From contig NC_043008.1 in assembly GCF_006345805.1 (NCBI RefSeq), positions 43,586,001 to 43,650,000 on the forward strand: a DNA stretch of 64,000 bases, written 5' to 3'. Positions 48,122 through 61,948 of this stretch are shown here, piece by piece; the first letter of the stretch is position 1, and each line of letters begins with the position of its first letter. Origin of the DNA: Octopus sinensis. Its lineage: Eukaryota. A model generated the notes under the pieces. The model ran no database searches and was not told the origin of the DNA. It saw nothing but the letters and a program-made list of their open reading frames with translations. A program made the position numbers and the translations under genes.

Positions 48122-49639
48122 GTAGCCTCCTATATGTAGTTATATGTAGCCTCCTTTGATTATACAGCGTTGATTTTTAACATTGCATACGCTGGCCTGG
48201 GTACTAGGGATCGCCCTCACAAACACATGCCCGACAATACACACATGTATACAAATATGTACATATACAGGTATATGCATGAGTGCAGATATATATACAT
48301 TTGCATGTATGTGCATCTATAAATACATACATACACACACTTGCATATATATACACAAATATACATGTACATGTGTACATACATACTTACACACGTATGT
48401 ATATAAATGTATATATAACAGTCATAATATATGTGTATACAAATATGTATACATACATCTCTCCATATATATATGCATATATACATACACACACACGTAC
48501 ACACACTCACACATATATATACACATACATGTATGAGTTTAAATACAAAATATATACGTATGCATGCCAGTCACTTTACACACGCACAGAAATAGACATA
48601 CACACACGCATGCACACACCCATACCACTCACCCCCACACACACATGCACACGAATATACACACATATGGCACTCATTATATATTTGCGTTCATATATGC
48701 ATTTGTCAGTGTATACGTTTTCACATGTATTCATGTGTGAGTGTGTGTGTGTGTGTGTGCGTGTGTTTTTCGATGCTTGTCTGGCAATATTCTCCTGTGT
48801 TTAAAAATCAGATAATAACAATAATAAAACTAATAAAAGTAACAATAACAATTAATAAATAATAAAAAAAAGAACCGTTTTGAAAACAGAAAACTGCTGA
48901 TTTCTCTTTGTATTACTTCCATGTTGTGAACAGTTCAAACTAGTTACAAATGAGATAGCTAATCTTCAGATTAAATCTAGGGTCTTTCTCCCTAGAGGTC
49001 ACAACACAACAAACATAAAATCTCTGTTTGTTTTTTTACGTTTAGTTTCGGTTTATCTTTACGTAGATTTTTTTTGAAATTTTATTTTAATCAATAAATG
49101 TTTATGTAATATTGATTTCAAACTTTCGTAATAGCAGAAATCTATAAATTTCTAAAGAGGTTTGGTTATAATCAGTTGAATCGAGTTCAATATTTGACTG
49201 GTATTTATTTTACTTAACGTCCAACTCTCTTTCCAACCTATGCCTCAAATTGAAATAATGAAACGCCATGTTGACTGGCTTCGACGTGTATTCGAAGGAA
49301 GCAGACGATAAACGAATGCAACTAGATATTCGACAGCACATTTATCCAAATAGGGAATATGAGAGGAATTTCATGAACGGGCCCCATTGTCCTTCTTTGA
49401 GTGTTAGACCTCGTTATGCACATTTTCTGATAAATCCCTAGAAATTTCCGAGCCTGTATTTCTTCTCAACGGCATTGTTAACATCCACTGTGTTTTGTCC
49501 CTTCTTTCACCAGAAGGGTAACATCTTTGAAACCTGCCACTACCTCACTAGCGCTCTAACTTCTCTTATGACTCTTATTTTTCTTGAGGTTTGTATACCT
49601 ACAAACTGTCCGAATATTTCTGAATCGTCTGTATATCTA

Positions 49640-50050
49640 TTTACTGCCCATAAGAGGCTAAACATAGAGGGGACAAACAAGGACAAACAAAGGGATTAAG
49701 TCGATCACATCGACCCCAGTGCGAAACTGGTACTTTATTTATCGACCTCGAAATGATGAAAGGCAAAGTCGACCTCGGTGGAATTTGAACTCAGAACGCA
49801 GCGGCAGACGAAATACCTATTTCTTTACTACCCACAAGGGGCTAAACACAGAGAGGACAAGCAAGGACAGACAAACGGATTAAGTCGATTACATCGACTC
49901 CAATGCGAAACTGGTACTTAATTTATCGACCCCGAAAGGATGAAAGGCAAAGTCGACCTCGGCGGAATTTGATCTCAGAACGTAGCGGCAGACGAAATAA
50001 CGCTAAGCATTTCGCTCGGCGTGCTAACGTTTCTGCCAGCTTGCCGCCTT
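49640..50050 (-). mobile_element. Head-to-tail SINE family C dimer
   Basis: Full unit 50050-49818 plus 5'-truncated unit 49817-49640; a single TSD AATCGTCTGTATATCTA at 49623-49639 and 50051-50067. Confidence 0.9.
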
Positions 50051-50325
50051 AATCGTCTGTATATCTACCTGTCTTCTCAGATACGCATATCCTCCCACAT
50101 ACACACACAAATGTGAAGCACTATGTTTCCTCTTCTATTCAGATTCTGGTAAGTTCTTTATCATTCAAAATTCAGCTTCTATCAAATAATGAGTGTATAT
50201 ATGGCTGTATGACAGAGATTCTCTGGGGTAAGTGTCTACTAACATGCGGTTCTGGGTTCGGGTCTCCCTGGCAGGTACAGTAGACATTTCTTCTATACAG
50301 CGAATATATATATGTATATATATGC

Positions 50326-50363
<38 letters not shown>

Positions 50364-50449
50364 CACTTCCAATCAGTTAAGATCATAAACCATGAGAGCC
50401 ACTGCCTGGTATTGCATCAGGGTAATTATAGGTTTATATATTTATATGT

Positions 50450-50650
50450 GTGTTTTTGTGTCTGTGTTTGTCACTTACCATCGCTTGACAACCGATGCTG
50501 GTGTGTTTATGTCCCTGAAGTTAGCGGTTCGGCTAAAGAGACCAATAGAATAAGTACTGGGCCTACAAAGAATAAGTTCTGGGGTCGATTTGTTCGACTA
50601 AAGGCGGTGATCCAGCATGGCCGCAGTCAAATGACTGAAACGTGTAAAAG
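50450..50650 (+). mobile_element. SINE family B, 3' half
   Basis: Matches 61735-61940. Confidence 0.8.
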
Positions 50651-50972
50651 AGAAATGGAAAGAGAAATGGAAAGAGTCTTGAAAGAGTCTTGCTCGGATT
50701 CAAGAGTCTACCAACGACAAATTAACGTCTAAATGGTTGGGTATTCCAGAGATGTGTGTGTGTACCCTTAAAATAATTTTTAGTCCGATTCAGCGCATAT
50801 GATGCTGCCGTATTTTGTAGCATGGTAGATGAGGGATCGTGGAAAACACACCCTGAGTTTGGTAATGCAATTTTCAGAAAAAAGGAAAGCTTTATACTCA
50901 TCAAGCCTCCTTTTCACGATCAGACAGCGTGTAGTTCACAACGTGGTGTACCCAGCATTATACATGGGTAAG

Positions 50973-51061
50973 CGGTCTCTCTTTCTCTTTTCTCTTTTAC
51001 CGAACCGCTAAGTTACGGGGACGTAAACACACCAGCATCGGTTGTCAAGCGATGTTGGAGA

Positions 51062-51111
<50 letters not shown>

Positions 51112-51270
51112 CGTATACATATATACGACGGGCTTATCTCAGTTTCCGTCTACCAAATCCACTCACAAGGCTATAGCAGAAGACACTTTCTCAAAGAGCC
51201 ATGCAGTGGGACTGAACCCGGAACCATGTGGTTGGTAAGCAAGCTACTTACCACACAGCCACTCCTGCGT
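50973..51270 (-). mobile_element. SINE family B, 3'-truncated
   Basis: Reverse complement of 61553-61830 with an internal deletion. Confidence 0.8.
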
Positions 51271-51337
51271 TTAGTATTTTTAAAAATATAAATATACTTA
51301 CAACTATAAGAGCAGAGAATGGGCAGGATCATTATTA

Positions 51338-51526
51338 TTGCGCCGGGTTAAATGCTTCGTGTCATGTCGTCTCTCTTTACGTTCTGAATTCGAAAGCTGT
51401 CAAGCTGACTTTGCCTTTCATCCTTTCGCGATCGATAAAATAAAGTACCACATGAGCACTGGGGTCGATGTAATCGACTTGTTCCACTCCCCTGAAATTG
51501 CAGGCCTTGTGCCAAAATTTGAAACT
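51338..51526 (+). mobile_element. SINE family C, old copy with alternative tail
   Basis: Tail CCCCTGAAATTGCAGGCCTTGTGCCAAAATTTGAAAC, as at 4640-4680. Confidence 0.7.
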
Positions 51527-51731
51527 AGTAAAATGTGGTCTGTCATTTCTTGAATAAAAATGTTGATGGTTAAAAATGAAAATAAAAAATATATATAATC
51601 TAAAAAAGTAATTGCAGAGAAAAATAATTATAAAAGAAACCTCACCCACAACACACAAATACACCACACACACAAGCACGTATATATATATATATCTATA
51701 TATATATATATATACATACATACATATATAT

Positions 51732-51784
<53 letters not shown>

Positions 51785-51837
51785 ATACTATATATATATA
51801 TATATAAATACATATATATATACATACATATAATATA

Positions 51838-51880
<43 letters not shown>

Positions 51881-52271
51881 TCGCTCAAACAAATCAACAA
51901 CATTGTGATATGTCCTAAGAAATCATATTTACACACTTGATTTGTTTGTAAGATAAAAATCGATAAAAATATCAAAACACTCAACGAACACACAATCAGA
52001 GAATTTATATCATGATTCAAGAAAACGATAACACACATGAGGCAAAACAAAATCGACGTTATCAGTAGAGAGATAAGAGCAGCATCTCTTCATATATGTA
52101 CGTATATACATATATATATATATATATAGTATGTATGTATGTATAAGTACACATTTCACTAAATTTTGTACCACTTTTTCAAATCTTTCTCTTCACTCTC
52201 TCTTCACTATGTCCAGGCCTCTCTTTTTTTCTCGCCACTCCTTGATTCTTTCGTCTATCTACTTCTACACA

Positions 52272-52324
<53 letters not shown>

Positions 52325-52822
52325 CCTCTCCTTAATTCCTTTGTTCCTCTTTTTCTCTCTCTTCTCTTCTCGCGTGACCGTTGGCCGACTGCTAGCCATT
52401 TTGCGTTTGACCGTGGTCACTGCTACATCGATACTCTTCCCTCTGCTTCATTTCCATACACGCCATCTGAATTCAATTCATCCCCAGTCGAAAGACGCCT
52501 GTTGTTATGTCCTGTTATTATTATTATTATTGTTTATTGTATTTTTCTATTTATATTCTTATAACATCGTCTGTTTTTTCGTCCTTGTTTCGTATACATT
52601 CAATGCTTTTTTCCAAGAAATCTAATGCTCTTAGCTTAGTTTTTCCTTGGGGCTGGCCAGATTGGAGCAATCTCAAGATTAATCAGCCTAAATTGCGAGG
52701 ATGATCCGGTTCTTGACTGATGATAAAAGGCTTCGAATGACCCATCCGTGTTTTTTTGTATCGTCTAACTGAATGTCTAAATGAGACATTCTTGTCTCAT
52801 TTTGTATTTTATTGTGTGTATA

Positions 52823-52865
<43 letters not shown>

Positions 52866-53106
52866 TATATATATATAATACATAGATATACATTCATGCA
52901 TATTTACACACCACGTATATATAATATATGTATGATATATTTATGCATTTATGTAAAGATTGAAGAAGAAACTGAGTAGTTTTCGAAATAGCTACTCTAT
53001 TACAAATTATAGTTATCTCAGAATTCCTATAACTTGAATACAAAATCATTTTCGAAGTACACACACACACACACGCACGCACACACACACACACACAAAC
53101 ACACAC

Positions 53107-53182
<76 letters not shown>

Positions 53183-53183
<1 letters not shown>

Positions 53184-54375
53184 TGAGTCATACCATAAAT
53201 AATGCGGTTTTTTAATACATTTATGTTTCAAAGTTAAGATAAACAAAATTCTTTTTTCATCTAAAATATACTCTCCTTCATTTTCTACAATGTTCTTCCA
53301 TCTATCTGGTAGACATGCAATATTCCTCTTCCAAAATTCACTTGCCCATGACGAAATATTCTCCTCCAGTATTGTTCTGACCTCTTCAACAGAATTCATA
53401 TTTTTTTCTCGAAATGATTTTGAAGACTGCGGAATAAATGATAACCAAATGGGGCAATGTCCGGTGAATATGTTGGATGGGACATCGTTTCCCATTCAAA
53501 CTGCTTCAGCCTTTGTAATGTCATCCTCGCTCTATGTGGCCGAGCATGATCCTGATGGAAGAACGCCTTTCATTTTGAAAACAAAGACGATCGTGTTTCT
53601 TCTAGCGCTGACTTAAGCCGCTCAAGCTGCTCGCAGTAGATCTCCTTTGTTATAATTTGGTTTGGGTTTAAAAGTTCAAAGTGGATTAAGCCTTTCATAT
53701 CCCATCAGACAGATAATTACACCTTACGTGAGTGAAGACCTTCTTTAGCCTGGGGTGTTGGTGTTTCTCCTTTCCCAACCCACTGTCTTTGCCGCTCGAC
53801 ATTTTTATAGAGAACACATTTCTCGCCACCAGTCATTAAACGGTTCCCCAAAATGGTTCATTCGTGAGACGTGACAGCAAAGAAGAGCACACGTTCACTC
53901 TCTGCGCGCGACGGTACCCGGAAAGTTTGTGAGGAACACATTGACCCAATTTGCTTACTTTTCCGATGGAACGCAGGTGGCGATGAATGGTTGAATGACC
54001 AAATCCAAGCTTCTCTGCTAATTCTTCAACAGTTACGATGGGATTTTGTTCCACTAAGTTTTGCAGGATATCCTCGTCGAGCTCTACAGATCTTTCAGGA
54101 CCATGCTCATCTTCTAGGCTGTAGTTTCCGGCTTGGAATTTCTGGAGCCGACATTAACATTGGCTTACGCTTATTGTCCAATCCCCATATACTGCATTAA
54201 TATTCCTCGCACTTTCCGTTGCATTTGTTGCCTTTATTGAACTCAGAAAGCAAAATATGCCGAATATGCTCTTTTGTCATTTCCATTATAGCTTTGAAAA
54301 AATAACTGTTAAAATTGAATTGTACTCTTCAAAACTTGCACTAAGTATAAGGACAAGGTAAAATTACTACCTTGT
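53183..54375 (-). mobile_element. Degenerate mariner
   Basis: ATG at 54286 (minus strand) reads MEMTKEHIRHILL.EFNKG; also TVEELAEKLGFGHSTIHRHL.SIGKVSKLG..VPH.L and FWKRNIACLPDRWKNIVENEGEY. TA|TTGAGTCATACC at the left end; the other TIR is not seen. Confidence 0.88.
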
Positions 54376-54538
54376 ACAAATTGATGCTGGTAGTTTATCC
54401 CTATCAAATCTCCGTTCCACACACACACACACACACACACGGAAAGGTATGAACTTACACAAAAACACAGAAACACACTCATACGCTCACACATACGTAT
54501 GTGCATGGACATGTGTTTCTAATACATGTGCATGTGTG

Positions 54539-54573
<35 letters not shown>

Positions 54574-54576
54574 ATG

Positions 54577-54614
<38 letters not shown>

Positions 54615-55204
54615 TATATACTGACAGACAGACACACATACACATACACACACACACATATATATATATATACTGACAGACAGACACACACACACACACA
54701 TATATATATATGTTTATATATATATATTATATATATATAATATATTATATAATATATATATATAATATATATAATTTATATATATATATATATATTATAT
54801 AATATTATATATATATATATATATAAATATATATATTGCATATATGTATGTGTATATATATATATATATATACACATACATATATGCAATAAAATCACAC
54901 GTATTTCTATTTCTAAAGAAAAAAAAATCGATTCTTGGTAATTTATATGAGTTTAAACATATACTTGTTGGCAATTTACTTAAATTCACGAATAAAACAA
55001 GATAAAAAAAGAGAAAAAAAAACACGATGAAAAAGAAAGGAAAATATCAGAGAAACCATTGCATGAAATCGATCGGTTAACACTTGGAGGTACTTTTTGA
55101 AAATATGGTGAAGAATAAGCAGACAAAACAATTTAAGAGTATCAAAAATTTTCCAAAAAAAAAGTGCCAACAATGTAAAAATATACGGAATTAAACTGAT
55201 ACAC

Positions 55205-56107
55205 GCATGCATGTGTGTATGTATGTATGTGTGTATGTGTGTATGTACTTATGTATGTATGTATGTATGTGTGCATGTATTCATGTGTGTATGTAGGTAT
55301 GTGTGTATGTATGTGTGTATGTATGTACTTATGTATGTATGTGTGTGTATGTATGTATGTATGTATGTGTGCATGTGTTCATGTGTGTATGTAGGTATGT
55401 GTGTATGTATGTGTGTATGTATGTGTGTATGTATGTATGTACTTATGTATGTATGTATGTATGTATGTATGTAGTATGTATGTGTGCATGTGTTCATGTG
55501 TGTATGTAGGTATGTGTGTATGTATGTGTGTATGTATGTACTTATGTATGTATGTGTGTGTATGTATGTATATATGTATGTATGTGTGTGTGCATGTATT
55601 CATGTGTGTATGTAGGTATGTGTGTATGTATGTGTGTATGTATGTGTGTATGTATGTATGTACTTATGTATGTATGTATGTATGTATGTATGTATGTATG
55701 TTGTATGTATGTGTGCATGTGTTCATGTGTGTATGTAGGTATGTGTGTATGTATGTGTGTATGTATGTATATACGTACGCATGTACGTACGTGTGCATGT
55801 GTGCATGTGTGTATGTAAGTATGTGTGTATGTGTGTATGTATGTGTGTATGTATGTGTGTATGTATGTATGCATGTATGTACATGCATATGTATGCACAT
55901 GCATATACATATGTATGTATATATTTATGTTCGTACGTTTGTACACACAAATACATACACTCATGCACACACACATACATGCAGGCAAACAATTGATTGC
56001 AAGAAATATATAAGTAAAACAAAGAAAATTGTTAAGAAATTAAATGCATACACACAACATACACACAACAAACATACATACATACATACATATACATATA
56101 TATATAG

Positions 56108-56151
<44 letters not shown>

Positions 56152-56262
56152 TATATAGACATACATTTATACATACATGGATACATGCATACATCTATAC
56201 ATGCACACACACATACATCTATCATTACATACATGGATACATGCATACACCTATACATACGT

Positions 56263-56293
<31 letters not shown>

Positions 56294-56420
56294 AACGGTC
56301 GTGATGTATTAAACGCTATAGGAGCACACATGCACAAAAATACATACTCGAACATTCAGAAACACGTACGCGCGCACTCACACACACACACAGAAGCACA
56401 CATAGGCATACACACACGCA
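55205..56420. repeat. (ATGT)n-dominated compound satellite with higher-order units, then (AC/AT)n
   Basis: GTGCATGTxTTCATGTGTGTATGTAGGTATG recurs about five times. Confidence 0.9.
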
Positions 56421-57388
56421 TACATATAAAGGAATAATTCCTTATAATGTGGATAAAAGTTTTCAAAAAGTTTTCTGTGTGTACTAACAAGTGCATAACT
56501 GTTCACAGACAGATAAATGGCTGCATGCATCTTCGTATATTTGCAAAGCTGTTTAACAAGAATTTAGCGAAAATAGAAGAGCGTGTAGGTACATAAATTA
56601 CAACGAAATAGATGAAATAGCAAAAGAAAAAGAAAAAAAATGAACAAACACAAAGAACCTCCGTAAAACATAAAAGAAATATAAATCGAAACGAAAGTGA
56701 AGACTCGAAGCACATAAACCAACCCGTAGGGTGGTCGCATAAGGGTACCGTGAGTTGAATTAGAAAATGATTTGCTCTGTCGGTAAGTGTGTATGTATGG
56801 TTTATGAAAACCAATATCCGGTGAACACATGACGGTCTTTTCAGAGATATTGCAAGACATGTTAGCAATGTAGAGCGTCGCGCAGTCGGATGTCTCATTT
56901 GTTGGTGTATAATGTCTAAAAGTGATGAGGTGTTGAGGACGGGAGAAGAACGGAGGAAAGTGGAGAAGGAGAAAAAAAAACCCAGAAAGCAGAGAAAGAA
57001 AATGATGATGACGATGAAAAAGAAAAGAAGGAGGAGAAAGAAAGTAGAAAAGAAAAAAAAAATACACACCCAGTGAGCTTTAGAATTCGATCAGATTAAA
57101 GATGGAAATTCAAATAATTCGCCATGTAAACTTGTAATGTCTGCCTCTTTGGAGTAATTTAGCGCTCGCTACATGACATATGCATTCACTGTAATTAAAC
57201 GTTTGTATTGGGTATTGTAGATCTCAATTGACTTTGCATTGACTAAATATTAACTCCGTAGTGTCTCTGCGATCGCTGCGTTTCACTTGTCATTTTGGAA
57301 ACAGTTACGATAAAATTAATATACAGGGTCATACACAAGATCCTTTAGCATTTAAATACATAGTTCTCAACTGGGGTCCACTTACCTT

Positions 57389-57424
<36 letters not shown>

Positions 57425-57498
57425 GTGTGTGTGTGTGCAGAGCTATACAATTTAGTTCTCAAAAATTATGTGCGTTGAATAAGTTATACTTCTACAAT

Positions 57499-57854
57499 TG
57501 TGGCACTCCGTCGGTTAAAACGACGCCCAACAGAATAATCCCAGTCGTGAAATTAACGTGCATGTGGCTGAGAACTCCACAGACACGTGTACTCTCTCTT
57601 AACATAGTTCTCAGGGGAGGTTCAGCGTGACACAGAGTGTGACAAAGCTGGCCCTTTGAAATACAGGTACAACAGAAACAGGAAGAAAGAGCGAGAAAAA
57701 GTTGTGGTGAAAGAGTACAGCAAGATCCACCACCATCCCCTGCCGGAGATCGTGGAGTTTTAGGTGTTTTTGTTCAAAAAACATTCACAACACCCGGTCT
57801 GGGAATCGAAACCGCGAGCCCACTGCCCTAACTACTGGGCCATAGCTCCTCCAC
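57499..57854 (-). mobile_element. SINE family A, tail type 3, older copy
   Basis: TSD ACTTCTACAAT at 57488-57498 and 57855-57865. Confidence 0.88.
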
Positions 57855-58371
57855 ACTTCTACAATACACAAAATATCAACAGCACAAATTCTTTCTCTTC
57901 TTTTCTGTTTGACCTTGTCTACTTAAGATAGAAACAGCAACAAATCGTTGTCATGGATACAAATATTTCCGCATTACAGATATCAAGAATGTATGAAAAT
58001 ATGGAATAAGGGAATTCTATGCATACGGTACCAATCCCAATTTTGTACACATAAAATACTTATTCATAAATGAGAGGATCTAAAAATCGGAAAGATACCT
58101 CTTGAAATTGGAAGAGATGGTTTCATAGCAATAGGCTGAGATAATGAACAAAAATAAATTAAACAAGGAAAAGAAAAGATAACAAAAGCTATAACAATAA
58201 CTAAATTAAAAAAAAAAGAACAATCATTATCATGTTTTAATGTAATGTACGGAATGTTACTTGGGCTCATTAAAATTCGTCATAAGTCAAATCACTTCAT
58301 TAAGAGTTCCAGAATACCGTTTGTCAATGTTGCTTTATTAAACGAACAGGCTATAATAATAGCAATACCAC

Positions 58372-58437
<66 letters not shown>

Positions 58438-58590
58438 ACTGTGAAACATGGATTTGTTTTATTTTTTCGTTTATTTTCTTCTTTTATTGTCTCTTCAATG
58501 AGCTACTTTCTTGTGGTTTCGCTGGTTTTGATCGAGTGCGCATGCATGCATATATATATGTATATATATCTTCGTTCGACTCATTCTTTC

Positions 58591-58646
<56 letters not shown>

Positions 58647-58650
<4 letters not shown>

Positions 58651-58818
58651 CATTTAATAGAACTTCAGTAACCAGTAGATGGAAGAGAGAAAATTAGATT
58701 TTGGGCAGGAGGCCTGGCTTGAATGTTTATAGAAGAGTGGATGTTGCTAAAGTTATCAAAGGAGCAGACGATAGCGTTAAAATGTCTGACTGATTAAGTC
58801 TTTATCGATGTAACTAAT
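58647..58818 (+). repeat. ~172-bp direct repeat of 60865-61035
   Basis: Near-identical, with a handful of substitutions and one indel. Confidence 0.9.
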
Positions 58819-58821
58819 TAA

Positions 58822-58876
<55 letters not shown>

Positions 58877-59408
58877 CATACATATATTAGAAGGTTTGGA
58901 GATGATGTACAGGTATTTTATATTAGAAGAAATGAGGTACTCAGAAATTCGGATGGTTTTATATTTACAGATATTTATTTGTATATTACATGTTTTTATA
59001 CATCATATAACATATATCATATATCATATAATAGCACTTTCGTCCATTCTAGTGGGGTTTTCAAATTGAACCAAGTTTTTGTGGAAAATTTGACCATTTT
59101 TATAGTGTTATTGAGTGTGTAGTGGTGGGGAGGGATATGAGATAGTACAAGAGGGTGATGAATGGGGAGAAAGTGAGAGAGAGCATGTGTGTGTGTGTGT
59201 TTTTTGTATCTGAAGGTTGTGTTAAAGAAAAAGAAGGAAAGGAAGAAAAAGGGAGAGAAAGAAGAAAAAAATTTGTTTTGTTGGTCTCCTTTGTAACTAG
59301 TCAGGATGTTTATTCCAAGGGGGGCACTTTACCCCCCCCCCCCTTGGAGTAAACATTTCTTCTAATATAAAATACCTGTACATCATCTCCAATCTTTCTA
59401 ATATATGT

Positions 59409-59501
<93 letters not shown>

Positions 59502-59752
59502 ATATACATATATATATACATATATTATATATATATACATATATATATATATATCTATATATATATGTGTTTGTGTGTGTGTATGCATATATAAGGCAGA
59601 GGTTTGACTGATCGATTGATGGAACATATCTGAGCAGAGATGTTCCATCAATCGGTCAATCAAACGGTATTTGGTTCGTCCAATACATAGGATGTTGGAA
59701 AGGTTTTTTCAGTGATAGTCATGAAAAACAGAAAAAAAAAAATATTTATATA

Positions 59753-59940
59753 TTTATCCTTGCAGCGATGACAAAAGTTTTACCTTAGCTTCTTTATCAT
59801 TGCGGTGATGAGACAAATTTTAGTTTAGCTTCTTTATCGTTGCAGCGATGTCAAAACCTTTAGTTTATTTTATTTCCATTGCAACAATAAAAAAAGAAAG
59901 TTTTCGTTCAACGTATTTATCATTGCAGCAATAACAAAAG
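59753..59940. repeat. Degenerate 40-bp minisatellite, about 5 units
   Basis: TTTATC(A/C/G)TTGCAGCGATG recurs at ~59753, 59793, 59833, 59873 and 59916. Confidence 0.75.
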
Positions 59941-60420
59941 CCAAAAGCCATTCTTATTTAAGCGTTCAAAATATCACTAATGACAGACGATGGATAATAA
60001 TGAGTAACTTCCGGTCTATGATATTTATATATCCAATACGTCAGATTGGAAATAAGTAAAAGCTAATATACGATTTTAGTGAGACAACTTGCAATGTGCA
60101 CAATATAAATAAAAGAAATTGAAGGATTGTCTCCATGGTAAAGAGAGAGAGAGAGAAAATATATTCAACCTTCATTTGATCTCAGCTATTTTACGAACTT
60201 GCTGTCAAATGTAGGAAGGCAAATGAATTGTGCTATATTTGTAGCATGTATATAGAAGCAGACAGTACTCGGAGCATTGATTTCTTAGAGAAGGAAAATG
60301 TTTCACGTTTATAGAACAGGTGAGATGAATTGAGATTGTATGATGTTCATGCTTCTATCAATGTCTTTTATATTTATTTACGGCTGAATTTAGAGAAGGA
60401 AGGGCGGCATTAATGACATT

Positions 60421-60864
60421 GGATCTTTTCGGTTTGGACGGCAGTTTTTAACATAATTTCTAGGTAACTAAAAAGTTTTAAACTTCGTATACTGGTAGAA
60501 TGTGTTTATAAAACATCTTTTTCTCTTGGCTTTCTTGAGAAAATTCTATAGTTTTGTAAGATATTTGTTGTTTTCTTTTCTTCAATTTCTGCAATTTCAA
60601 CCAATCACTGACGTCTATTGAGGTAAAAGCATTCTGTGCCGTATGAATGTGTCCCTCGTTTAAGAAACAAATTGGGTTTATTTGCATTTGTGAAGAAAAA
60701 AAGATACCCTTCCCCCACCCCTAACCCTAACCCTAACCCTAACCCTAACTAACCCTAAACATAAAAAAGATTGAAATGCAATAGATCGATTCTAGGGTCA
60801 TAATTATGGGTGACAATTTCATATGACACCGCTAGAAAAACTGCCGTTCAAACCGAAAATATCC
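60421..60864. mobile_element. 444-bp MITE with ~29-bp TIRs, 8-bp TSD and internal (CCCTAA)n
   Basis: GGATCTTTTCGGTTTGGACGGCAGTTTTT / AAAAACTGCCGTTCAAACCGAAAATATCC; ATGACATT at 60413-60420 and 60865-60872. Confidence 0.9.
60719..60758. repeat. Interstitial telomeric repeat (CCCTAA)5 CTAA CCCTAA
   Basis: Directly visible in the sequence. Confidence 0.95.
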
Positions 60865-61552
60865 ATGACATTTAATAGAACATCAGTAACCAGTAGATGG
60901 AAGAGAGAAAATTAGATTTGGGCGGGAGGCCTGGCTTGAATGTTTATTGAAGAGTGGATGCTGCTAAAGTTATCAAAGAAGCAGACGATAGCGTTAAAAT
61001 GTCTGACTGATTAAGTTTTTATCGATGTAACTAATATAAAATGTGTTAAGCAAGGACACTTTTATTGTCTTGTTAGGAGGTAAAAAGGTTCAGCCGATGA
61101 CCTTTGCATCCCCTTCTTCAAAATGAGTGAGATTGATGTGGTTGACGTTCTGGGCCTGAATAGCTACACGTCAACGTCGACAGGGTGGGTCGGGGAGCAG
61201 AACAACAATACAGCCAGGAAGGGTTTTAGAGAGTTGATATACATGGAAAGGAGAAACAGAAGATAAAATACAGGATGCTGACAGGAAATTTGTTGGTACA
61301 TGGTCCGAGGAAGGTATGTAACTAGCGCGTTCAGAAGGGGCAGAGCGAGAGAGAGAGAGAGAAAACATAGAAGGGACTCTTTTCCTTTCTTATTTTTGAA
61401 TGACCTTTTTCCGGATATAACCTTGTATGTTTGCGTGTGTATCAGAAGTACTACAGCTCTCTCAAATGTACGAAAAAGTACTACATTGTGGGTAACAACT
61501 GAAGTTTGTAGAAGTACGGCAAGTAAGCAGGTTGTTATATATATATATATAT

Positions 61553-61948
61553 AGGCGTAGGAGTGGCTGTGTGGTAAGTAGCTTGTTTACCAACCACATG
61601 GTTCCGGGTTCAGTCCCACTGAGTGGCACATTGGGCAAGTGTCTTTTACTATAGCCTCGGGCCGACCAAACACTTGTGAGTGGATTTGGTAGACGGAAAC
61701 TGAAAGAAGCTCGTCGTATATACGTATGTGTGTGTGTTTGTGTGTCTGCGTTTGTGCCCTCAACATCGCATGCCAACCGATATTGGTGTGTTTAAGTCCC
61801 CGTAATTTAGCGGTTCGGCAAAAGAGACCGATAGAATAAGTACTAGGCTTACAAAGAATAATTCCTGGGGTCGATTTGCTCGACTAAAAAGGTGGTGCTC
61901 CAGCATGGCCACAGTCAAATGACTGAATTAAGTAAAAGTGTAAAAGAG
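61553..61948 (+). mobile_element. SINE family B, full length
   Basis: A-box-like TGGCTGTGTGG, B-box-like GGTTCAGTCC, internal (TA/TG)n, and 3' ...CCAGCATGGCCACAGTCAAATGACTGAA. Confidence 0.88.

Noticed and set aside
56775-56790. Strong donor-like TCG|GTAAGT and nearby 167-188 aa minus-strand ORFs
   Set aside because: No matching acceptor or recognisable peptide; the ORFs are driven by T-rich low complexity.
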